Assembly (NCBI GenBank): GCA_963753035.1
Contig: CAVWAW010000026.1
Span: forward strand, 2,838 to 66,837
DNA from: an uncultured Acidobacteriota bacterium
GTDB taxonomy: Bacteria > Acidobacteriota > Thermoanaerobaculia > Thermoanaerobaculales > Sulfomarinibacteraceae
Direction: 5' to 3'
DNA length: 64,000 bases
The position numbers were made by a program, and so were the translations under genes. This document shows positions 21,887 through 30,344 of the stretch, piece after piece. How positions within the stretch are numbered: position 1 is the stretch's first letter; each line of letters begins with the position of its first letter. Below the pieces are notes generated by a model that did no database searches, had not been told where the DNA came from, and worked only from the letters and a program-made list of their open reading frames with translations.

Positions 21887-22359
21887 ATGGCTCTCAAGGT
21901 AGATTTTTCAAAGATGGACGGTCGGGACGCGCTCGACATTGCCATCGTCATCGAAGACGAAGCCCAGCTCGCGTATGAACACCTGGCGGACTGGGTCGGG
22001 AGCGATGGAAACACCGAAGCTGCGGACTTCTTCAAACGAATGGCGGTGCGCGAGAAGCGCCACAAGGAGGAGATCACCGAGCGCCGTGCCGAGCTCTTTG
22101 GAGATGTCCCCGCCCGCCACGACGAGGCCGCCCCATGGGAGGCGGAAGTGCCGGACTATGAGTCCCTCGGCCGCAATGTGAGCCTCGAGGACGCGTTCAA
22201 CGTCGCCATGGGCGCCGAAACCAGGGCCCACGATTTCTACGCCGAGGCCATCGACTACATCGAGGCCGAGGAAGTCGTCGAACTCTTCGACTGGTTGGGA
22301 AAGCCGAGATCGAGCACCAGCGGATGTTGGCCGAGGAGATGAAGCGGCATCTGGGTTAG
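21887..22359 (+). CDS. ferritin-like / rubrerythrin-family protein; last ~12 codons in another frame
   Basis: Two E-x-x-H type helices (VIEDEAQLAYEHL, AMGAETRAHDFY). The terminal ...KAEIEHQRMLAEEMKRHLG* is read after a shift near 22300. The stop TAG is at 22357-22359. Confidence 0.7.
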
Positions 22360-22434
22360 AGGTTAGGAGTAAGAGAGTTAGGGGCGAGGGTCGCACGTCC
22401 GACGTCTGACTCACTCCTCACTCCTCAGTTTAGG
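22354..22434. repeat. heptad-armed inverted-repeat element, copy F (short)
   Basis: GGTTAGA GGTTAGG AGTAAGA GAGTTAG, then core CGAGGGTCGCACGTCCGACGTCTGAC, then TCACTCC TCACTCC TCA (imperfect inverted arms). The rubrerythrin-like stop is the first TAG. Confidence 0.7.
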
Positions 22435-22484
22435 CATAGGGGTCGGAGGATTGCCATGGGAGCCCTAGGATAGACTCTGAGGCC

Positions 22485-22865
22485 ATGGCGATCATGGATC
22501 CCGCCCTGCTTCCCGCCGATCGGAATCATCTCGATCCCGAAGATCGCAATCAACTGTTGCGTTTCGAACTTCTGCTTGTTCAGGGTCGTTTCGATCAGGC
22601 CCAGGAAGTTGTCGAAGACCTCTGGATCGAGGCCACCGATGCGCACAGGGAACTTTACAGGGGGCTGTCCAACGCCGTGACAGCCGTTTGCGCGAGCGAA
22701 GCACAAAAGCACAGGGGCGCCGGCGAGATCGCGCACCAAAGCCGCGTCATCCTGGCCCCATTTCCCCGCCGAGTACTCGGAATCGACATCGACGCGCTCC
22801 TCGACTCCGTGAGTGACCATGTGGAACGAGGAGAGGGTCCGATCCTACTTCTACGTCAAGGATGA
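22485..22865 (+). CDS. DUF309 domain-containing protein
   Basis: LLVQGRFDQAQEVVEDLWIEA...ELYRGLSNAVTAV fits the DUF309 helical pattern (F-x-EAHE-x-LE-x-x-W ... QGLIQ). The antisense ORF 22425-22820 is judged spurious. Confidence 0.6.
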   Translation: MAIMDPALLPADRNHLDPEDRNQLLRFELLLVQGRFDQAQEVVEDLWIEATDAHRELYRGLSNAVTAVCASEAQKHRGAGEIAHQSRVILAPFPRRVLGIDIDALLDSVSDHVERGEGPILLLRQG

Positions 22866-22982
22866 GGCTTTTCCTTGGTGGTATTCTGGTTTTGTAGACA
22901 GACCCGCGGATAATTCACCGGTCTGTACGATGGTTTCTGAAACGATTGATCGGAGGTTTGCGGACGCTGTGAGCGGGGTATT

Positions 22983-23807
22983 GTGACCGATCTGAGTTTC
23001 TGTTCCGTCGCTGATCGCCGAATGGCGTACCGTCGCTCGGGCCAGGGCGAAACCGTGCTTCTGGTCCACGGGATCACGACCAACTCCTTCGTCTGGGAAG
23101 AGCTCGTCCCACGGCTGACCGAGAGCTTCGATGTGATCTCCATCGATCTTCAGGGCTGCGGTGGTTCCGATCTCGGTCTCGATGCGGACTACTCCATCGC
23201 CGCCCAGGCCGAATCGACCGCGGAGTTCATCCGCACCCTCGACATCGGCCCATGCCATCTGGTCGGGCACGACATCGGCGGTGGGATCGCCCAGATTCTG
23301 GCTGTCCGTCACCGTGACCTCCTCCGGTCGCTGACCCTCATCAACCCGGTGGGATACGATTTCTGGCCGGTCCAACCCATCATCGCCATGCGGACGCCTA
23401 TCCTGCGCCAGCTGGTCATGGCCACCCTCGATTTCGGCATGCTCCGGTTGGTCGTCAAGCGCGCCCTCTATCACCGCGAACTTCTCGATGACGATCTCAT
23501 GGCCTGCTTCTGGGACCAGATGAACACCGGCGAGCGGCGCAAGGCCTTTCTCAAGCTCGCCCGCTCGCTCAACAACGAACAGCTTCTGGAAATCGAAGAC
23601 GAGTTGAGCGATCTGGATCTTCCCACCCTCATTCTTCGGGGAGACGCCGATATCTACCTGAGCGCGAAGATCTGCGAACGACTGCGGGAAGACATCGCGG
23701 GCAGCCGACTCGAACGGATCGACACCGGTGGGCATTTTCTCCAACTTGATGAGCCGGACTGGGTCGCCGATCACCTCCTCGGCTTCTGGCCGGAGAGTTC
23801 CCGGTGA
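22983..23807 (+). CDS. alpha/beta-fold hydrolase
   Basis: Intact. TVLLVHGITTNSFVWEE, nucleophile elbow LVGHDIGGGIAQ, C-terminal ...IDTGGHFLQLDEPDWV. Confidence 0.85.
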   Translation: MTDLSFCSVADRRMAYRRSGQGETVLLVHGITTNSFVWEELVPRLTESFDVISIDLQGCGGSDLGLDADYSIAAQAESTAEFIRTLDIGPCHLVGHDIGGGIAQILAVRHRDLLRSLTLINPVGYDFWPVQPIIAMRTPILRQLVMATLDFGMLRLVVKRALYHRELLDDDLMACFWDQMNTGERRKAFLKLARSLNNEQLLEIEDELSDLDLPTLILRGDADIYLSAKICERLREDIAGSRLERIDTGGHFLQLDEPDWVADHLLGFWPESSR

Positions 23808-25980
23808 ACCGGAAGGACCGATCGGAGAAGCTCTCTCCTGACGAGCAGATCCGGCTTCTCGAGGCCGAGAACGACATCCTCAACGAACGCGCCGAGGATG
23901 TCCTCCTTCTCGGACTGGTCGCCGAGAACCATCACCCCGCTTCGAGATATCGACGCCATTGTCGAGACTCTCTTGGAGAGAGTCGGGATCCTCTACGAGA
24001 TCCCCTATTGCGGGTTCGCTCGAATCGACGGCCCGTCACCGGTTTTCCATCAGGAGTTCGTTCCCCATGTGAGCACAGTGGAGGGATCGTTTTTACGTCT
24101 GGCGCCGAATGCGATGGCGGTTCTCGCCGAGGGCGCGATCGTCTGTTCCGCCGAGGATGCCGCCCACGAGGGCGTCGAACTCGGGCTCCGTGACGTCGAA
24201 CCCAACCAGATCCTGCTCATCCCCTGCGCCTGCAGATCCCAACTCCGCGGTGTTTTCATTTTTGCCCACGACACGTTGGACTCGTCCGTTCTCGTCCGCA
24301 AGCTCATCGTCTTACAACAGGTGACCGGTTTGGCAACCGCGAGGATGGACAATATCCATCTTCTCGACGAACTCACACTCCTCAACGTGGACCTCGAAAC
24401 CCGGGTGAAAGAACCGCACGGCGGAGCTCCATCGGGCCGCGCGGGCTCTCGAAATCGAGATTTCCGAGCGCCGCCGAGCCGAAGAGATCGTCGCTGGCGA
24501 ACGGCACCGCCTGAGAACCGTGGTGGAACACCTTCCAGAAGGCGTGATCGTCCTTGATGCCGAAAACCGCGTGGTCCTGGCAAACCACGCTACTTCGGTC
24601 GCCCAACCGCTCATGGGCCCCATCGAAAACGGTGACGAGCTTGGATCCATCGGGGGCCGCCCATTGGCGGATTTCGAATCTGACGCCAGCGAAGCGCGGT
24701 GGCTGGAGGTCTCTTCCGACTCCGCACCCTCCTCGATCTTCGAGGTGGCGGTCCGCAGGCTTGGAAGCCATCACAAGGGTTCGGTTGTCGTGCTGCGCGA
24801 CATCTCCGAACAGCGGAAAGTTGCGGACCAGCTTCTGAGACAGGAGCGAATCGCCGCCATGGGACATCTCGCCGCCGGGATCGCCCACGATTTCAACAAC
24901 CTGATCCAGGCCATCACGATTCTGGCCGAGAGCCTGCTGCTCGACGAATCCGGCGATCATTCATCCAGAAAACACAAGACCCGCGAGATCCTCGCAGTCA
25001 GCGAACGGGCGGCGACGCTGATTCGGCAGATTCTCGACTACTCGAGACAGACCGCGACCAGCCCGCAGATCATCGATCTTCGTACATTTCTCGTCGAAAC
25101 CCTGACCATGCTTGATCGGCTGATACCCGAGACGGTCCGCATCGAGATCGATGCGGCGCCCGGAGAACACACGATCCGTTTCGACCCCGTCCAGCTCCAA
25201 CAGATCCTGACCAACCTCACCGTCAATTCCAGCCAGGCCATGCCGAACGGCGGCGAGATCAGGGTTCGACTATGGAATCCGAGCGCAACTCGGATCGGAC
25301 CCGGCTCGATTGGCGGATCCGAAGGACGGGACTGGGTCTGTCTGAGCCTCACGGACACCGGTTGCGGGATTCCACCAGAGGCCCGGCCGCATATCTTCGA
25401 GCCGTTCTTCACCACCAAGGAACGCGGTCAGGGCACCGGTCTCGGTCTCGCTCAGACCTACGGCATCATCCGGCAGAACCACGGGCGAATCACCTTCGAG
25501 ACCAACGTCGGTCAGGGGACGACCTTCACCCTGTACCTTCCCGTCGAACACGAAGATGCGGAGATTTCCGAACCGATAACCGAGATCCCCCCAACTCCCC
25601 ACGGAAATCGGGAAACGATTCTGGTGGTCGAGGACGACCCCACGGTTCGGGAGCTCACCGGCGAGCTCGTCGAGGCCCTCGGCTATCGACCCCTCATCGC
25701 CCGCAACGGGATCGAGGCGTTGGAGGTGATGGCGACCACTGAGGAGGAGATCCGCCTGGTGCTCTCCGATGTCGCCATGCCGACCATGGGGGGTGTGGAA
25801 CTCGCGGTCGAGCTGGGGCGGCGCAACCCTTCGGTCCCGGTCGTGCTCATGAGCGGCTATGCACCGGATCCCATGGGCGGCGGGTTTTCGAGCCCCAATC
25901 TCGCCGCATGGCTCCAGAAGCCCTTTTCGGTCGATGCTCTCGCCACCACCCTGGCGGAGATCCTGTCGAAGAGTTCTTAG
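23804..25980 (+). CDS. hybrid sensor histidine kinase (GAF-PAS-HisKA-HATPase_c-REC); 2 frame changes in the 5' third
   Basis: The GTG start overlaps the hydrolase stop (GTGA). The GAF-like region is in ORF 23898-24557. ORF 24520-25980 has the H-box AAGIAHDFNNLIQ, N-box LTNLTVNSSQAM, G-boxes DTGCGI / GTGLGLA and the receiver ILVVEDD...VLSDVAMPTMGG...KPF. Confidence 0.85.
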
Positions 25981-26147
25981 TTCTTAGTTCTTAGTTTTTA
26001 ATTACATCGCATCCGGTCTTCGTCGCTCTGACCGGCACAGGCGACGAACGCACCATTGGGGACCCTGTTTTCATCACCGGTAACCAGCAACCTCTCCAGG
26101 TCGATGTGATGGAACTAAGAACTCAAAACTCAAAACTGAGAACTTTT
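25974..26147. repeat. heptad-armed inverted-repeat element, copy C
   Basis: The left arm TTCTTAG x3 + TTTTTAA (stops at 25978, 25985, 25992, 25999) includes the kinase stop codon. The core begins ACATCGCA and ends GATGTGATGG. The right arm is AACTAAGAACTCAAAACTCAAAACTGAGAAC. Confidence 0.8.
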
Positions 26148-26167
26148 CATTTTGCTAAGCTCTCAAC

Positions 26168-26909
26168 GTGAGTTCAACGACGTTATCTATCGTCCTTCTC
26201 TTTCTTTTGAATCTCGCACCCGTCGTGGTCGGCCGGCGCCGCCGATATCCAGACCATCACCCACGGACGCGAGGTCGAGATCGAGGAGCACCTGGTCCCC
26301 GGAAAATACGTTCTCTTTGATTTCTATGCCGATTGGTGCGGACCGTGCCGCGCCCTCGAACCACAGATCCGCGAGCTCGCGGGTCGATATGGCGACCAAC
26401 TCGCGGTTCGGAAAATCGACATCATCAACTGGGACAGCGCGGTGAGTCGTCAGTTCCGCATGTCCTCGATCCCGTACATGATTCTCTATGGTCCCGACGG
26501 AGAATCGATCACCGCCGGTGACGCCGGTTCGGTCATGCACCGGCTCCGTTCGGCCCTCGGCTCGCCGAGCGGCCGACCGGCGTCCGAAGACGGCGGTTTT
26601 GCCCCGGTCCCGGTGCTCGCGACGGCCGCGATCCTCGCCGCTGCGGTGGCGCTGGTTGTTCGACGACGCCGTCGGGAACCGGTTGGGTCGATGCGGGCCG
26701 CCTCGGTCACGAACCTTCCGCCGGTCGACACCGCCGCCGATCCCGGCGATCCCGCGATCTGGTTTGCGGTCCTTCAGGGGAGCATCGACGGTCCCTTCAC
26801 CCGCCGACAGCTCGGCGAACTCGTCCAACGACGTCTCTTGGATGCCTCCTCCACCGTCCGCCGCCGGGGAGATGCTTCCTGGACCGAAGTCAGCAATGTC
26901 CTCGACTGA
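26168..26909 (+). CDS. thioredoxin-domain protein with C-terminal TM segment and GYF_2-like domain; 1 frame change near 26235
   Basis: GTG 26168 opens signal-like SSTTLSIVLLFLLNLAPVVV. After the shift comes YVLFDFYADWCGPCRAL...IPYMILYGPDG (WCGPC thioredoxin). Then a TM (VLATAAILAAAVALVV) and ...IWFAVLQGSIDGPFTRRQLGELV (GYF_2/DUF4339-like). Confidence 0.75.
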
Positions 26910-28176
26910 GCCCGCGACAACCGAGCGGGGATCTGCAGGCCGTTGGCTCCTGCTCATCGGGCCGGGTCTGGCCGTCGCCGCGACCGGAGTCGGCGCCGGA
27001 GATCTCCTTGCCGCCATGCTCGCCGGAGCCGAGTTCCGAGAGACCCTGCTCTGGGTCATCGTTCTCGGAGCCCTGCTCAAGTTCGCCCTCAACGAGGGTG
27101 TGGCTCGATGGCAGCTCGCAACCGGCACCACCCTGATCGAGGGCTGGGGCACGCACATCGGGATGATCTTCCAGACCGGGTTCTTGATCTATCTCGTCAT
27201 CTGGAGTTTTATCGTCGCCGGTGGCCTCATGAGTGCCTGCGGAGTCGCCGCCCACGCTCTTGTTCCCTCTATCGGCATCGGGGCATGGGGTGTTCTGCAC
27301 TCCATCGCCGCACTGATTCTGGTGTGGTTCGGTCGCTACGATCGCTTCGAGGCGACCATGAAAGCACTCATCGCGCTGATGGTCCTCACCCTGTTGGCCA
27401 GCGTCGTTCTCGTCGGACCGGATCTCGCCAGGGTCTTTCGGGGGCTCCTGATTCCGAGGCTTCCACCGGGTTCGGCGACCACGATCCTCAGCCTGATGGG
27501 CGGCGTCGGCGGCAGCGTAACCATGCTCTCGTACGGATATTGGATCCGCGAGAAGGGCTGGGATGGAAAATCCTGGATCACGACGGTCCGGCGCGATCTC
27601 GGTATCGGATACCTCCTGACCGCGGTCTTCGGTGCGGCCATGCTGGTCCTCGCCGCTACCGCACTTGTCGGACTCGGCGGAATGCCGGCGGGCAGCCAGG
27701 GTCTGGTGGCCTGCGCCGACGCGCTCGAGGCGGGAACGAGCCAACGCCTCGGCGAGACCGTCGCCGAGATCGCCCGCGCCACCTTTCTCATCGGCCTGTG
27801 GGCTGCGGTCTTCACCAGCACCCTTGGAGTCTGGCAGGGGGTCCCGTATCTTTTTGCCGATTTCACTCAAGTTCTGAGAAGACGAGTCGGAAAGGTGGAC
27901 GAGACCGCCTGGACCTACCGCGGTTATCTCCTCTACCTCGCGCTGCCGCCGATGGTGCTCCTGGTCCTCGACCGCCCGGTGTGGGTGATCAAGCTCTACA
28001 CCCTGACCGGTGGTCTCTTCATGCCGTTCCTCGCCGCGAGCCTGCTCTGGCTGACCACCAAGAACTCGCTCATGGGCGGGCTCCGCACCGGCAAGCTCAG
28101 CATGGCAGCCATGATTGCCGCCTTGGCGCTCTTCGCAGCCATCGCCTTGCGGCAGATAGTGGATCTACTGAGCTAG
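26896..28176 (+). CDS. NRAMP-family (divalent metal cation) transporter
   Basis: Intact from ATG 26896. LLLIGPGLAVAATGVGAGDLLAA..., ~11 TM segments, ~426 aa. It overlaps the thioredoxin gene by 14 nt. Confidence 0.75.
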   Translation: MSSTEPATTERGSAGRWLLLIGPGLAVAATGVGAGDLLAAMLAGAEFRETLLWVIVLGALLKFALNEGVARWQLATGTTLIEGWGTHIGMIFQTGFLIYLVIWSFIVAGGLMSACGVAAHALVPSIGIGAWGVLHSIAALILVWFGRYDRFEATMKALIALMVLTLLASVVLVGPDLARVFRGLLIPRLPPGSATTILSLMGGVGGSVTMLSYGYWIREKGWDGKSWITTVRRDLGIGYLLTAVFGAAMLVLAATALVGLGGMPAGSQGLVACADALEAGTSQRLGETVAEIARATFLIGLWAAVFTSTLGVWQGVPYLFADFTQVLRRRVGKVDETAWTYRGYLLYLALPPMVLLVLDRPVWVIKLYTLTGGLFMPFLAASLLWLTTKNSLMGGLRTGKLSMAAMIAALALFAAIALRQIVDLLS

Positions 28177-28227
28177 CAACACGTCGGCCGTCGACCCCAT
28201 GAGCGGTGTTCGTCACCGAGAGGATGA

Positions 28228-28380
28228 TTGAAACCGCCAAGGCGCAATGGTCGCCAAGGCTCCGCGAAGTTCACTATTGACCCATCGCAGAATGCGATGG
28301 AGGTCTTGAGTCGGAAAGGGTTCGGGTCAAATGATGATCTCTGCGGATTCTTGGCGTGTTTCGCGTCTTGGCGGTTTCAA
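28228..28380. repeat. long imperfect inverted repeat with CCATCGCAG-AA-TGCGATGG hairpin core (copy G)
   Basis: The outer 14 bp TTGAAACCGCCAAG (28228-28241) are perfectly complementary to CTTGGCGGTTTCAA (28367-28380). The CGCCAAG / CTTGGCG sub-repeats occur twice per arm. The core hairpin is at 28282-28300. Confidence 0.8.
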
Positions 28381-28471
28381 TAAATGTTGCTGGCTTCAGG
28401 ACCGTTGACCTGGGTCTGGGGCTTCGCCGCGGCGCGATCTCAGTTACACTAACGTTGGTTCGCTACAAAAC

Positions 28472-30301
28472 ATGCAAAGCTTTGGCAAATACGTGTTGGT
28501 CGATCACATCTCCTCCGGGGGCATGGCTGACGTGTATCGCGCCAAGGTCCAGGGCATCCGGGGATTCACCAAGACCGTCGCCATCAAGAGAATCCACGAG
28601 CACCTCCTCGAGCGCACCCGATTCCTGAGGATGTTCACCGACGAGGCCAAGATCGCGTCGCGCCTCGTCCACCCGAACATCGTCCAGATCTACGACCTCG
28701 GCGAGGTCGAGTCCATGCCGTTCATCGCCATGGAATACGTGTCCGGGCGAGACCTCTACCGGGTTCTCAAACGCCTCGCCGCCATGAACCGAAAATTCCC
28801 GTGGCGTCTCGCGACCCTGGTCATCAGCGATGTCTGCACCGGCCTCCACTACGCCCACGATTTCCGATCGCCCGACGGCCAGCCGCAGGAGATCGTCCAC
28901 CGGGATGTGAGCCCGAGAAACGTCGTCCTGGCCTACGACGGTGACGTCAAGCTCACCGATTTCGGCGTCGCCCGCGCTCGCGACCGCGAAGAACACACCG
29001 AACACGGCGTCATCAAGGGCAAGGTCCGGTACATCAGCCCCGAGGGCGCCAAGGGCGAGGAGGTCGACCGACGATCCGACATCTTCTCGCTCGGAATCGT
29101 CTTCGCCGAGATGCTCACCATGGCGCCGCTCCGCGACGCGCCCAATGAAATGGTGATGCTGCTCGACATCCGCAAGGGCAACTTCGATCGCGGTCGAATC
29201 GACGAACTCCCCGAAGCCCTGCGAACCGTCATCGATCGAGCCATCGCCACCGATCCCGATGACCGCTACCCCACGGCAGCGGCCATGCGTGACGATCTGC
29301 TGTCGCGGGTCGATGCAGCCACGCAGCCCATGACCAAGGCCGAAGTGGCCACCTTCATGCACGCGCTCTTCACCGATGACATCGAGCGTGAGAAACGCAG
29401 CGACCACAAGGCCGAATTGGATCTGGTCAAAGAGATCCAGGAGCAGGCCGATCTGGCGAGCGGAAAACCGGTCCCGAGCAAGGTCGAGATGCCGACTCAG
29501 GGAAACCCACTGAACATTTTCGGCGGCCGTGAACCGGGCCCGGTGGCGATTCCCGCAAAGTCAAGTCAGATCGAGGAGGAAGGCCCACCCGACCTCACCG
29601 GTAATCTCATGTCGCAGTCGTTGAGCAGTCTCTTCCACTGGCTTGCCGAAACCCGCGAGGACGGTCGCCTCGATCTCATTCGTGAGCCCATTCGCAAATC
29701 GGTCTTCTTCGAAGAGGGCCACCCGATCTTCGCCACCTCGAATATCGAGAGCGAGCGTTTCGGTGAGTTCCTTGTTTCAGACGGGCAACTCTCACGCGAA
29801 CAGCACGCCGAGGTGCTCGATTTCGCGGCCCGCAAGGGGATGCGGTTCACCGAAGCACTTCTCGCCCTCGATTGCTGCACCCCGAATCAGCTCTTCACAT
29901 CCCTTGGAGCCCAGGTCAGGGATCGAATCTATGAACTCTTCACCTGGGGCTCGGGCACCTTCGAGTTCTACCACGACTCCAAACCTGCGGACCCCGTCCT
30001 TCCGCTCAATCTCCGCAGCCACACCCTCATCCACGAGGGAATCCAGGAGCGTCTGCCCCTCGGCGGCGTGCGAAAGATGATGCGGGAGGCTTTTCAACGC
30101 CAGGTGGTCCGCTGCGGCAGCGGCATCCCCGCCGATCTCCACCTCTCGGGCCGGCAGCTCCGAATCGTCCGCACCATCGAGGACGAGCGCCCGACGGTGG
30201 CCGAACTGGTCCAACGGGAAAAAGACGAGGAGTGGATCTTCCGACTGCTCTACATGCTGAGCCAGATCGAGCGGGTGGAGTTGGTGGAAGCGGCGAATTG
30301 A
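28472..30301 (+). CDS. serine/threonine protein kinase with C-terminal DUF4388 (PatA-like) domain
   Basis: Intact 609 aa. GGMADVYRA...VAIKR, HRDVSPRN, DFGVAR, SPEGAKG. The C-terminal part reads SLSSLFHWLAETREDGRLDLIRE...KSVFFEEGHPIFATSN...FGEFLV. Confidence 0.9.
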   Translation: MQSFGKYVLVDHISSGGMADVYRAKVQGIRGFTKTVAIKRIHEHLLERTRFLRMFTDEAKIASRLVHPNIVQIYDLGEVESMPFIAMEYVSGRDLYRVLKRLAAMNRKFPWRLATLVISDVCTGLHYAHDFRSPDGQPQEIVHRDVSPRNVVLAYDGDVKLTDFGVARARDREEHTEHGVIKGKVRYISPEGAKGEEVDRRSDIFSLGIVFAEMLTMAPLRDAPNEMVMLLDIRKGNFDRGRIDELPEALRTVIDRAIATDPDDRYPTAAAMRDDLLSRVDAATQPMTKAEVATFMHALFTDDIEREKRSDHKAELDLVKEIQEQADLASGKPVPSKVEMPTQGNPLNIFGGREPGPVAIPAKSSQIEEEGPPDLTGNLMSQSLSSLFHWLAETREDGRLDLIREPIRKSVFFEEGHPIFATSNIESERFGEFLVSDGQLSREQHAEVLDFAARKGMRFTEALLALDCCTPNQLFTSLGAQVRDRIYELFTWGSGTFEFYHDSKPADPVLPLNLRSHTLIHEGIQERLPLGGVRKMMREAFQRQVVRCGSGIPADLHLSGRQLRIVRTIEDERPTVAELVQREKDEEWIFRLLYMLSQIERVELVEAAN

Positions 30302-30344
30302 GGGCCGTTGGGATCGGTTCCCGATCGGCCGGGATTGCCGGGCA

